Assembly (NCBI GenBank): GCA_023255955.1
Contig: JAGDWD010000008.1
Span: 128,845 to 192,844 of the forward strand
Origin: Desulfurococcales archaeon
GTDB lineage: Archaea; Thermoproteota; Thermoprotei_A; Sulfolobales; NBVN01
Direction: 5' to 3'
DNA length: 64,000 bases
Shown: positions 44,674 to 54,338 of the stretch, piece after piece
Layout of the letters: each line of letters begins with the position of its first letter
How positions within the stretch are numbered: position 1 is the first letter of the stretch
Program-made: the position numbers and the translations under genes
The notes under the pieces: generated by a model
What the model was told of the DNA's origin: nothing
Databases searched by the model: none
Seen by the model: the letters and a program-made list of their open reading frames with translations, nothing else

Positions 44674-45933
44674 CTAGATGGATAGTCCGGTCATGGTTCT
44701 CACTAGGTCTTCGAATGTCTCCCTCCTCCTTATTAACTTAACTTCACTTCCGAACACCATTACCTCGGCCGGTCTAGGTCTTAGGTTATAGTTTGATGTC
44801 ATCGAGTATCCGTATGCCCCGACGTCCATTATGGCTAGTATATCTTCCTCCTTTAGCTCCGGCAGTAACCTGTCTTTAGCTAGTACATCACCGGATTCGC
44901 ATATGTTCCCCACTACGTCAGCTAAGATCCTCGCCTCAGCTCCTACTTTACCTACCGGTACTACCCTGTGGTAAGCGTCGTATAGAGCTGGTCTTATTAG
45001 GTGGTTCATCCCCGTATCGGTACCTACGAAAACCTTTCTACCTCCTCCATCTAGGGGGATCTCCTTAATGTCTACTACCTTAGTTAGTAGAACCCCCGCA
45101 TTACCTACTAGATACCTACCTGGCTCCAGTACTAGCCTCACTCTACGTCCATACCTCTCGGAGAACTCCTCGAATAGCTTAGTTAGCTCCGAACCCAGTA
45201 CCTCAACATCTAGAGGCTTCTCATCTTCTCGATACGGTATTCCCAGACCTCCACCAACATCTACGAACTCCACGTCGGTTAGTCCGGTACTTAGGATTAG
45301 CTGTAGGAGGGTTCTAGCTACCGTAACTATAGGTTCCGGGCTCAGAATCCCAGAACCTAGGTGAGCGTGTAACCCAACGATCTTCAGGTCGTAGTTCCTA
45401 GCTACCTCTAGGAGTTCCTTAACCTGGCTTAGAGGTACCCCAAACTTACTCGCACCACCAGTTACTACCTTCTGGTGGTGGCCTACCCCGAAGCCTGGGT
45501 TAATCCTCACTGAGACCTCCGTGCCGGGATATAGACGGCCATACCTCCTTAACTGTTGAATAGAGTCTATATTCACCATGGCACCTAAATCCTTAACAAA
45601 CCTTAACTCATCCTCAGACACATTATTCCCGGTGAATAGAATGTTGCGAGGTTCGAAACCCACCTTAACACCTAGAAGAACCTCCCAAGGAGAGACAGCA
45701 TCTAAGCCAGCACCAAGCTCCCTAAACACCTTTAAGATCTCAGCGTTACTGTTAGCTTTACACGAGTATAGAATCTCCGTATTCGAATATCTTACAGCAG
45801 TTCTCAGTCTAACGTAGTTCTCGACCATAACCTCCCTATCATAAACATAGAGTGGTGTGCCGAACTCTAATGCCAGTTCCTCAGCTCTGAAATTCCCTAT
45901 AAATAACACACCATCCCTAGCCACTATCAACAC
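44674..45933 (-). CDS. Orn/DAP/Arg decarboxylase family 2 (diaminopimelate decarboxylase-like)
   Basis: It has the PLP lysine block YSCKANSN, GGGLGIPY, and a C-terminal beta domain with CESGD. Confidence 0.85.
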   Translation of the reverse strand: MLIVARDGVLFIGNFRAEELALEFGTPLYVYDREVMVENYVRLRTAVRYSNTEILYSCKANSNAEILKVFRELGAGLDAVSPWEVLLGVKVGFEPRNILFTGNNVSEDELRFVKDLGAMVNIDSIQQLRRYGRLYPGTEVSVRINPGFGVGHHQKVVTGGASKFGVPLSQVKELLEVARNYDLKIVGLHAHLGSGILSPEPIVTVARTLLQLILSTGLTDVEFVDVGGGLGIPYREDEKPLDVEVLGSELTKLFEEFSERYGRRVRLVLEPGRYLVGNAGVLLTKVVDIKEIPLDGGGRKVFVGTDTGMNHLIRPALYDAYHRVVPVGKVGAEARILADVVGNICESGDVLAKDRLLPELKEEDILAIMDVGAYGYSMTSNYNLRPRPAEVMVFGSEVKLIRRRETFEDLVRTMTGLSI

Positions 45934-46337
45934 GTATCACCAACTACTACTCACAACACAAACGGATAATACTGCTAGCCTCCCCTATATGCTTTCTCAA
46001 TATACTTGCTGCGTAGGTGGCTATACTTCCCTCTTAAAGCTCTGTGGCAGAGAGCTCACGTTTTCTAATGCTGCAAGTGTCTCTAAACTACAAGGATATC
46101 CGAGACCTCTCAGGCACCGCAATATCCTCACTATCCTCTATTTCCCTCAGAACTCTAAGGTATGAAGGGAAAGTACCTGGATTTGGGGGTGGGGAACGTG
46201 TTAGTGAAACACCTACTTCACGCTCTTTATTCCTAAAGAAGAGGAAGTATGCTACCTTCCTATCCTGCTTCCCCCACATACTTATTAATCACTAAGCTAA
46301 GTACCTTAGCTATATTAGTTACATAAAAACATGAGAG

Positions 46338-46643
46338 CTACAGTTTAGCTTTAATGGGACTTAGAGGCCACCAGGTACCAACTTCTTCTAACATCCATTC
46401 ACCAGCTATCTCCACGTCACCGTAGTATGAGACAGTTATCTCTATCGTTTTTTCTTCGTTGGGATGTAATCTTATCTGGCTAGATTTATGTATTAGCTCT
46501 TTACTAGGAGTCTTCACATGTATAACGACGATAACGTTCGATTCACATTTATTCTTTATAGTTACGGGTATTACTGGTTGATCTACAGTATCGTACCAAA
46601 TATGTCCAACTTTCAGGTCTAAGCAGTCTAACTTAATGCACAT
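46338..46643 (-). CDS. Hypothetical protein (101 aa), beta-rich
   Basis: This is an ORF only and lies in the low-GC island. Confidence 0.3.
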   Translation of the reverse strand: MCIKLDCLDLKVGHIWYDTVDQPVIPVTIKNKCESNVIVVIHVKTPSKELIHKSSQIRLHPNEEKTIEITVSYYGDVEIAGEWMLEEVGTWWPLSPIKAKL

Positions 46644-46708
46644 AGTGGAACACCAGTTCAGTATTTAATAGAGTAGCAAAATATAAGCATTAGTCCGGCA
46701 AAAATAAA

Positions 46709-46984
46709 TCAACCTCCGAAAGCAATTTTAATAAAATATATTTTATCTAGGTCGTTTAACATGTGATCAAGCTCCCAAACAACACGTCCATTTACAAACA
46801 CAAAAATCTCTTTTCTATTAAATAGCTCGAAAATGCGGTTCGAAGCTTCTTCTCCGATTTCGTTGGGGAGTGTCTTCAGTAAAAAATCTTTAAGTGTTAT
46901 ACCTTCACCAGGTATTTCAACCCAAAAAGATGTCTTTTTTGTTAGGTCTGTCAACATATGTGCGAACTCTACAAAGACCTTCAT
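46709..46984 (-). CDS. MoaD/ThiS-like beta-grasp protein ending in Gly-Gly
   Basis: The 91-aa protein ends in ...IKIAFGG. It lies immediately (3 nt) downstream of the AOR remnant. Confidence 0.55.
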   Translation of the reverse strand: MKVFVEFAHMLTDLTKKTSFWVEIPGEGITLKDFLLKTLPNEIGEEASNRIFELFNRKEIFVFVNGRVVWELDHMLNDLDKIYFIKIAFGG

Positions 46985-46987
46985 AAG

Positions 46988-48169
46988 CTACTCCAATCTT
47001 AACTCATCAGCAACGTATTTTAATCCGAGCTCTTCTAGCTTCTTCCTGGAGGGTTTCCCTGTTTTAACATCCCAGCCGCGTGCTCTATAGTAATCATCTA
47101 ACATCTTGTCTAACTCGAAGATCTGTCCTTTCGCAGGTGGTCTAGGCACAGGATCTTTAAGTATTCTTTCAGGTAGAGTATCATGTTCTCTACCTAGGCC
47201 CTCTCTTACATTGAATGCTCTCTCTAAGTTGAATACTCTTTCTCCAACTAACTGTAGATAGCTGATATTCCTAAACTCTTCAATCCCTGTAGCAGAGTAT
47301 AGTAGTTTCGCTAAGAGAGGTAATGGTACCATACCATTTGAGAATACGAATTGACAGAAGCCAGCGGCTTCATACATTGCCGTCTCATCTTGTATTAACT
47401 TCGTCAATTCACCCTTCCCTTCGGTCGTAAACGGATCGACCTTCTTTGGAACACCCATTATCTCATAATAGTTCCACCCCATCATGTGGCTAGCACCTAT
47501 TGGTGACGTAGCGAAGTTCAGTCCGTGTGCTTTAGCTGCTCTCGGATCATAAGCCGGGATCTCAAGTCCTTTGACATGCATCGCGAATTTCTCAGCTCCT
47601 CTACCGATGATCTCGGCTGCGCGCCTAGTTCCTTCAGCTAGTATATTTCCTATCCCCTCCCTTAAAGCAATCTTCCTAATCAACTCTAGCACGGGTTCGG
47701 GATCTCCCCACCTAAGTTCTAATCCATCTAACTCACTCTTAGATAGTATTCCCTTATCGTATAGTTCGTACGCCATGGATATAACCACACCGGTTGATAT
47801 CGTGTCTAAGCCGTACCTATCGCACAGCATGTTAGCTTGCATTATAGCCTCGAGGTTAGTCACCCCGAGATTACCTCCGAAGGCCCACTGTGTTTCATAC
47901 TCAGGCTTATCCCATACAATGCCGGCGTAAGGTCCTTTAGATGTCTTGAGGAACTGCCAGCATCTCATTGCGCACCCATAACATCCTCCGTACTTGACCA
48001 CATAGCTAGCTATTATTTCGGGCTTGAACCTATCGACATTCTCCAATTCAAGCTGTCTGAAGTTGTACGTGGGGAAGTGGCCGAGTGTGTAGAACAGGTA
48101 CACGATACCATCCGTACCGAGGGCTCTGAAAGCTTCGAAGGCTGGATTGGCCTTATATGTCTCAACTTT
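46988..48169 (-). pseudogene. Aldehyde:ferredoxin oxidoreductase (AOR family), 5'-truncated (domains 2-3 only)
   Basis: The translation aligns with AOR from about residue 230 onward (FPTYNF..GCYGCAMRC..PEYETQWAFG..DTISTG..ELPAYDPR...). The homologous frame runs without a start to 48169 and is cut by a TAG at 48170-72. The tungstopterin-binding N-terminal domain of about 210-230 aa is absent. Confidence 0.7.
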
Positions 48170-49386
48170 CTAAAATGGGTGAGTTAAAGGAAAGAAAATA
48201 TTGGATCTTCCCAGCAGAGAGAAGAAGAGTGCTTGATGAGCTATACGATTTAACCTTACTGTGCAATAAGTGCTTGTACTGCAGATTCGTGTTCGCGCCT
48301 GAAGCTAGTGACAGTAGATTTGTGATAGCCTGTCCTCGAGGAGACGTATTTAAGCATGCTGCTTACTACGCTGAGGGCACTATCGAGATAGCGCGTTCTA
48401 TTATAGAAAAGAGACTTAATTGGAATAAAACAATTGAGCAGATATTATATACATGTACCGACTGCGGTCACTGCGAGTATTGGTGTAGTAACGCGATGAG
48501 GGTCTATCCACTAACGATAATGGAGGTTATGAAAGAGACGTACGTTAAGGAACATGGTTTACCAGATAAGTGGAAGCCAGTTATCGAGAACCTTGAGAAA
48601 ACGAAGAATCAATTCGGTAGACCAGCAGAAGAAAGATATAAGTGGTTACCGGACGGTGTATCATCACCAAAATACGCGGATGTAGTGCTAGTTGCTGGTG
48701 ATGTATACGCATATAAGCTATCCAACATAGCGTTAGCTGCTGTTAACGTGTTGAAGAAACTAGGTGTGAGGTTCACTGTTCTATACGAAAATGAGTGGCA
48801 CAGCGGATATCTGTTGTTCAGGGCTGGGTTGCGAGATAAGGGCTTAGAGTTCTTGAAGCATAATATTGAAGCGTTGTCAGCTACTGGAGTTAAGAAGGTC
48901 GTCTTCCTAGATCCTCACGACTACAGGACGTTTAAGAAAGAAGCACTAGAGGAGGGCTTAACCTACGATTTCGAGGTCCAGCACTTCATGGAGTTTGTGC
49001 TACCTCTACTAAAGAAGGCTGAGCACAGGCTCGAGAAGCTGAATATCAAGGCTACTTACCATGATCCATGTAATTTGACTAGGCATATTATGCCGTTCCC
49101 GGTCTGGGACCAGCCTCGTGAGATCCTCCACCTTATCGGAATAGAAGTAGTTGAGATGCCGAGAAAAAGATTGAACACGTACTGTTGCGGTGGTGGAGGT
49201 GGGGTACCGTTCTCATACCCGTCTCTAGCTAAGATCATTGCCAATAAACGCCTAGAAGAAGCGAAGAGTACGGGTGTGGAGGTCCTGATAACCTCTTGTC
49301 CTAGTTGTGTATGGACATTTACGGGTGAGTCTGGGATGAGAGTGTACGACATAATAGAGTTAATAGATAAAGCTCTCATAAGGTGA
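48157..49386 (+). CDS. Fe-S oxidoreductase with two CCG domains (GlcF/HdrD/LutA-like)
   Basis: It has the ferredoxin-like motifs CNKCLYC...ACP and CTDCGHCEYWC, and the CCG motifs YHDPCNLTRH and NTYCCGGGGG. Confidence 0.8.
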   Translation: MSQLSKMGELKERKYWIFPAERRRVLDELYDLTLLCNKCLYCRFVFAPEASDSRFVIACPRGDVFKHAAYYAEGTIEIARSIIEKRLNWNKTIEQILYTCTDCGHCEYWCSNAMRVYPLTIMEVMKETYVKEHGLPDKWKPVIENLEKTKNQFGRPAEERYKWLPDGVSSPKYADVVLVAGDVYAYKLSNIALAAVNVLKKLGVRFTVLYENEWHSGYLLFRAGLRDKGLEFLKHNIEALSATGVKKVVFLDPHDYRTFKKEALEEGLTYDFEVQHFMEFVLPLLKKAEHRLEKLNIKATYHDPCNLTRHIMPFPVWDQPREILHLIGIEVVEMPRKRLNTYCCGGGGGVPFSYPSLAKIIANKRLEEAKSTGVEVLITSCPSCVWTFTGESGMRVYDIIELIDKALIR

Positions 49387-49392
49387 GAGTAG

Positions 49393-50901
49393 ATGTCCCA
49401 GGCCGGTCTAAACATAGACATCGGAGTGTTGAAGAAGATCTTAAGTGATATCGTAGGACCTGAATGGGTTACAGACGACCCGGCAATGCTGGTCGCTTAC
49501 TCTAGAGATTACGCAGCGTACATGAGGTTTAACTGGCAGACTAAATTACCTTACATAGCAGTACTGCCTAGAACACTTGAGGAGGTTCAAGCTATAGTTA
49601 AAGTAGCTAGGCAATATAAGGTCCCCGTCGTACCTGTCGGTTCCCATGGAAGCCAGTTTAGCTGGCACATACCTAGGATGGGTGGGATAGTTGTAGACAT
49701 CCATAGGATGGATAGCATATTGATGATAGATGAAGATCACATGGTAGCTGTAGTTGAAGCTGGGTGCCCCATATTTAAATTACAGTCAGAGCTACTGAAG
49801 AGAAGGATGTTTATACATCAGCCAGGAGCTTGTTCAACGTTCTACATAGGCTCACACTTCACTCATGGAGTTACAAACAAAGCAAATGCTAGGCTCGGGT
49901 ATGTAAACAGGCAGATAGTAGGGTATGAAATGGTTCTCGGTGATGGGACGGTGCTGAGAACTGGTACGTTATCTAACTATGAGAACCCGAGGGCTCTCTG
50001 GCCACACGGTCCTGGACCGGACCTAGGTCACCTACCCAGAATGGCGCAGGGCATGCTAGGCATAGTAACTAAAGTAGCTGTAAGGACACATCCTCTAGAC
50101 GAGGAAGTTAAGGTATTTCAACCAGCATTCAACAACGTTGATATGGCTACTATAGCTCTACACGAGATAGCGCAAGAAGAGATCTGTACTGGAACATGTA
50201 TGTATACTGGATACAAGTACGCGCAGTACTTTGCTGATACACCCGAGTCTGCTGACAGGCTAGACCGTGTAAATCCGGAGTGGATGTTAATGTTAACACT
50301 ACAGGGAACAAAGAGATGGGTAGAATATGAAGAGAAGAAAGTGAGGGAGATTACGAGGAAGTATGGAGGTAGGATCATAACCGATAAACTACCATTTTAC
50401 CAGATGTTTGAAGACGCGCAACTAAACATGTCCGCATCACTGTACTCTGAATACACAATAAAGTATTGGTCGTACCCAGGAAGTGTTGGAGCGCCAGCCG
50501 GGATGGTTATGGCACCTCTCTACGTATATCCGAGGTACTATAAGCTATTAACGTTACTATACGCTGAAGACCCCGTGCTAGGAGATCCAGACGAACTAGA
50601 CGTTAAGTATAAGAGGGGGGCTATAGTGTATCCTGAGCAAGATAGCCACTACGCTATGTTCGAGTTAATGATGGCTGGCCACCCAACAGATCCAAGATTA
50701 CTGAGTGAGGTAGGACCTAGATTCGCACCGAAGTTCTTCAAAGCCCTAGTCAAACTAGGATTGAGGTTGGACGCTAAATACGGGATCGCAAGACCTGGTG
50801 AGGTAGGCATTATGCCGACATACATGGAGCTTGCTAAGAAACTTAAGTACACTCTCGACCCGGACGGGATAATGCATCCAGGTGCTTGGGAGGGGGTGTG
50901 A
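49393..50901 (+). CDS. FAD-linked oxidase (GlcD/D-lactate dehydrogenase-like)
   Basis: It has an N-terminal FAD-binding PCMH-type domain (VVPVGSHGSQ...) and a length of 502 aa. It is coupled to the upstream CCG Fe-S protein by a 6-nt gap. Confidence 0.75.
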   Translation: MSQAGLNIDIGVLKKILSDIVGPEWVTDDPAMLVAYSRDYAAYMRFNWQTKLPYIAVLPRTLEEVQAIVKVARQYKVPVVPVGSHGSQFSWHIPRMGGIVVDIHRMDSILMIDEDHMVAVVEAGCPIFKLQSELLKRRMFIHQPGACSTFYIGSHFTHGVTNKANARLGYVNRQIVGYEMVLGDGTVLRTGTLSNYENPRALWPHGPGPDLGHLPRMAQGMLGIVTKVAVRTHPLDEEVKVFQPAFNNVDMATIALHEIAQEEICTGTCMYTGYKYAQYFADTPESADRLDRVNPEWMLMLTLQGTKRWVEYEEKKVREITRKYGGRIITDKLPFYQMFEDAQLNMSASLYSEYTIKYWSYPGSVGAPAGMVMAPLYVYPRYYKLLTLLYAEDPVLGDPDELDVKYKRGAIVYPEQDSHYAMFELMMAGHPTDPRLLSEVGPRFAPKFFKALVKLGLRLDAKYGIARPGEVGIMPTYMELAKKLKYTLDPDGIMHPGAWEGV

Positions 50902-51110
50902 CCATGAAGTTACCTTGGAAGAACCCTCTTGAAATACCATTAGAGGAGCTAGATAAGATAAAAATTGAGGAATACATATTCCAACTCTATAAAGAGAAGT
51001 TACTGAACAAGCCGAGAAGGAAGAAGTATTGGCAGAGAGAGTATGAATATAGAGAAAGAGTTATGAAGCGTCTTGAGGAGCTTAGAAGATCCCGCGAGCT
51101 ATTCCCCTAA
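50886..51110 (+). CDS. Small Lys/Glu/Arg-rich hypothetical protein
   Basis: This 74-aa ORF overlaps the oxidase stop. The start is uncertain (an internal ATG gives MKLPWKN...). Confidence 0.3.
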   Translation: MGGGVTMKLPWKNPLEIPLEELDKIKIEEYIFQLYKEKLLNKPRRKKYWQREYEYRERVMKRLEELRRSRELFP

Positions 51111-51332
51111 ATAATTTCATTTTTAACTCGTTTTGACGGCCTAATCAATATTCTCCCAATATTGATATAGATAACGCTAACGCGTTTAGTCACCGCACTG
51201 CCTAGCTTTCAAAACTAATCACGAGGCTTATTACTCACGTGCTCCTAGTTGAAGAAGCTTCCTAAGAACTTAAATGAGTTGTCTTCAAGTAAAAAGCCTT
51301 AACCTTAACTTGAGTTTAACATGTAACTCTTG

Positions 51333-52328
51333 TTAGCTGCAGATGTATGTGTATATTCCTGCGTGGATAGCTACGTATAAAGTGCTAGCCGCACTTTCCG
51401 CATCGTCTAACGGTATCATGGCTGTGTAGTCTGACGTGTCGTTAGTGAATGCTACCTGATACTCGAATAGACCTACCTGCGGGTTCCCGCTACGGGTTTG
51501 AGGTATGCCACTCAAGATTGTGGCAACATGTATGTGGATTACACTTGGGTAGTAGCCTTCGTTCATCACTATCCTAACCTTCAGGTAATTACCTTCTCTC
51601 CAAATAGTGACATCACCGACATCATAGTATTGCCCTAATATCAAGTCTGTCACATGAGTCCCGCCTGTGTATACTACGTACATAGCCCAGCTTCCTCCAG
51701 GGAAGTTCTCTCCATTCGCCCAAGCTGTCCCTACATCTTCTCTTATACAATGCGTTTCACATTCCTCCTTGCAAATTACCGTGTAGTTGAAGTACATCCC
51801 CCAATTACCTCTGTTCGTGAACCTAGTACCCTGACCCCAAGCAGTCTCTGTCCTCACGGTATACCCGTACTCGTCGACTTTAACAACCACCGCGTGTGCA
51901 GCAATATATAGAGCTGTTTCATTACTGTCAGGGCATGTAAGTCCGAAAACTTCTGTGAGATCTATCGTGAACTCCACGCTCCGATCCATTAAACCCTCAG
52001 CTTTGTATGGGAAGAGTCCTGGTATGGGATTACCTGTCTTAGTCTTAGGTATATCACTTAAGCTCGTAGCTACCGCTAAGTGTGCCTCCGCCAAATACCA
52101 GTCAGGATCCGTAATAGAGTACTTCACGTGAAGGTATAGTGAACTACCAACTACCTCAGTCCTGACTTCTACCTTCCCTATCTCATAGTACTGTCCAGCT
52201 ATCAAAGGAACGGTAGTGATATCAGTCGTGCTGGTACTCCCTGTGACGGCTATGAAGCCTGTAAAGGATAGCGCTATCAAAGCTGACAATAACGTTAATA
52301 TTCCTAATTTTTTGAGTTTGCTTTTCAT
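51333..52328 (-). CDS. Secreted protein with an internally duplicated domain
   Basis: It has a signal-peptide-like N-terminus (MKSKLKKLGILTLLSALIALSF). Two homologous modules are GQYYEIGKVEV...HLAVA..IPKTKTGNPIPGLFPY...LYIAAHA and GQYYDVGDVTI...HIHVA..IPQTRSGNPQVGLFEY...LYVAIHA. Confidence 0.5.
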   Translation of the reverse strand: MKSKLKKLGILTLLSALIALSFTGFIAVTGSTSTTDITTVPLIAGQYYEIGKVEVRTEVVGSSLYLHVKYSITDPDWYLAEAHLAVATSLSDIPKTKTGNPIPGLFPYKAEGLMDRSVEFTIDLTEVFGLTCPDSNETALYIAAHAVVVKVDEYGYTVRTETAWGQGTRFTNRGNWGMYFNYTVICKEECETHCIREDVGTAWANGENFPGGSWAMYVVYTGGTHVTDLILGQYYDVGDVTIWREGNYLKVRIVMNEGYYPSVIHIHVATILSGIPQTRSGNPQVGLFEYQVAFTNDTSDYTAMIPLDDAESAASTLYVAIHAGIYTYICS

Positions 52329-52725
52329 TTGTTACTCCACTACTAGTTGAATCTAAAGCTTAATAAGCTTACTTCTTTCATAACTTCAAGCAAATACTGA
52401 TGGTGTTAACACTATATTATAGGTTAATAAATAATCTAAGCAAGCTTTAATGTAACTTAAACACACTTAAATCTCCAAACCTATGTCCACATCTCAAAAG
52501 ATGCGGTACTTTAGCGAGGAGGTTTATGTGCTTAAACTTCGTTCTCTCGGTTACTACCTCACACAACCTAGTGGTAGGGTATGGTATAGGTAGTGAACTC
52601 GATTTCATGATATTATTTGAGGGTTTAATGCCTAGCTAGATTTAAAGGTTCCCCACTTTCTCTCATAGGTTACATTACAGAAGGTCTACCACTTTATCGC
52701 TATTTGCGTACGCGGGGACGGCTAT

Positions 52726-53862
52726 CTACGATGAGTTTCTGTTGCGGTTGGTTTTAGCTCTAGATATTGCTAGGATAGATACTGCGAGTGGGTAAGTAAG
52801 GAGTGCTGTTGCTATGATCGAGGAGAACTCTCCATCACTCAGTACACCTAGCTTAAGAGCTGTTAGAGCTATAGCTGACTCTAATGCCCCTCTAACGGTA
52901 ATTAGTGACAGTACCTCAGTCTTTGAGAACACAGTTATTAGCCTAGTCTTACTGAGTGTTAGGACCACTACTGCTTTCCCAGTTAGAGCACCCACAAGCC
53001 CCGCGAACGTGAGGGTCGGGTTTACTGATACTAGAGTAGTTGTGTAGCCGATGTAGGTGAAGACTAGGGGCATCGTGATGAGGTTGTTCACCGTCTCTAA
53101 GCTATCTGCTACTGTCTCTACATGACTAGCTATCCTGAGGAGTGGGTCCCCGGAAGATCTAGCTAGGCCGAGCACCATACCCACGAAGTACCCTCCTAGG
53201 AGAGGACCTACACTATCTACAGATAACCCCACCACAGCAAGAAGTAGTATCATAGTAACTACGTTCAACATCCCCGTACTCAAACCCCTCCTCAGGATTA
53301 GAGTGAGCACTGCTGAGCATAGAACTACTGAGGTTAGAGACAGTGCTAAGCTCAGTACTTGGAGCTTACCTAGGGACGCTAAGATAGCTGTAGCTACTAG
53401 TAGAATCATCAGGTCATCCCCGATAGATATCCTCAGAGCTGCCTCTAAGTCAGCACCGTACTTTACGTACTTAGATAGAGCTATAACACCCTCAGTTGCT
53501 GTATTAGCTAGAATAACACCTACTACTACGGCCTTAGATGGATCACCTAGTGTGGGTAGTAGCAGGGTAAGTGCTGTAGCTATAGATAGCGAGGTATTAA
53601 GGAAAGCTATTACGGAGAACCTCCTAAGCTCACTACGACCAATACTCAGTGAGAGTCCGGCGTGTAGCCCAACAAACATGAGTGAGAAGACTGCTAAGCC
53701 CTCCCAGACATCGAGAGGTGCTGGGAGCCCAGCAAGCCTCAACAGTAGCCCGGTAACTATGTATGCTATGACTGGGGGTAGCCTCACCACCTCAAATAGT
53801 AGTGAGCTGAGGTGGGAGGCACTGAGATATAGAAACAGTAAAGCTATGTCGCTGAGAAACAT
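52726..53862 (-). CDS. Cation:proton antiporter (Na+/H+ exchanger family)
   Basis: The 378-aa protein has about 11 hydrophobic helices and is Gly/Ala/Leu-rich, like a CPA-type transporter. Confidence 0.65.
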   Translation of the reverse strand: MFLSDIALLFLYLSASHLSSLLFEVVRLPPVIAYIVTGLLLRLAGLPAPLDVWEGLAVFSLMFVGLHAGLSLSIGRSELRRFSVIAFLNTSLSIATALTLLLPTLGDPSKAVVVGVILANTATEGVIALSKYVKYGADLEAALRISIGDDLMILLVATAILASLGKLQVLSLALSLTSVVLCSAVLTLILRRGLSTGMLNVVTMILLLAVVGLSVDSVGPLLGGYFVGMVLGLARSSGDPLLRIASHVETVADSLETVNNLITMPLVFTYIGYTTTLVSVNPTLTFAGLVGALTGKAVVVLTLSKTRLITVFSKTEVLSLITVRGALESAIALTALKLGVLSDGEFSSIIATALLTYPLAVSILAISRAKTNRNRNSS

Positions 53863-53884
53863 CCCGCGCCTCTATCTCCACAGA

Positions 53885-54139
53885 CTACTTCTCAGCAACT
53901 ACGTGGTCTACGCTATGTATAACACCACCAGACTTCTCTATGATCTCCTTTATCCTCGCGAAGTCTATGTCGTCCCCCTCTATAGTAACGTTAAGAGTTA
54001 TCGTCTCGACATCGACTTCGTTGACCCTTATGGATATCCTGCTAACCCCAGTCTCCCTAACTATCATCTCAGCTAGCTCTACTAGAGAGGTACCTCTAAT
54101 CGTTTTGAGGACGTCTAGAACGACCTTCTTTAGGGGCAA
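53885..54139 (-). CDS. DUF211 family protein
   Basis: The pattern KKVVLDVLK...VNEVDVETITLNVTIEGDDIDFARIKEIIEKSGGVIHSVDHVV matches the archaeal DUF211 family. Confidence 0.6.
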   Translation of the reverse strand: MPLKKVVLDVLKTIRGTSLVELAEMIVRETGVSRISIRVNEVDVETITLNVTIEGDDIDFARIKEIIEKSGGVIHSVDHVVAEK

Positions 54140-54146
54140 TCCCCCT

Positions 54147-54332
54147 TTACCTCACTCGGGCCCTATTTACCTTTCTAGAAGACCAGGAGTACCTCCTCAA
54201 CCTCCTACTCCTACCGAAACCACACGCAGCGCAGTATCCTTTAGCTACGTTGTATGAGTGCCTTCCACACCTCCTACAACGGATGTGAGTCTTATTCTTA
54301 CTTCTCTTACCCATTGACGGAGTTCCCTTCAC
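54147..54332 (-). CDS. rpl37e: Ribosomal protein L37e
   Basis: It has [38 protein letters not shown]. Confidence 0.9.
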   Translation of the reverse strand: MKGTPSMGKRSKNKTHIRCRRCGRHSYNVAKGYCAACGFGRSRRLRRYSWSSRKVNRARVR

Positions 54333-54338
54333 CTACTA

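Noticed and set aside
45941-52568. Similar strings at the island edges (CTACTACTCACAACAC at about 45943 and TTACTACCTCACACAAC at about 52551); considered as possible att-like direct repeats.
   Set aside because: There are only about 15 matching positions with two indels. This is not distinguishable from chance without statistics, and no integrase is nearby.
53303-54076. 257-aa plus-strand ORF antisense to the antiporter and DUF211 genes. Similar long antisense ORFs occur at 56853..57419, 61180..61704, 486..950 and 7307..7681.
   Set aside because: These are Ser/Thr/Ala/Leu-rich shadow ORFs on the opposite strand of well-supported genes, which is typical of this CTA/TAG-biased composition. None shows a recognisable domain.
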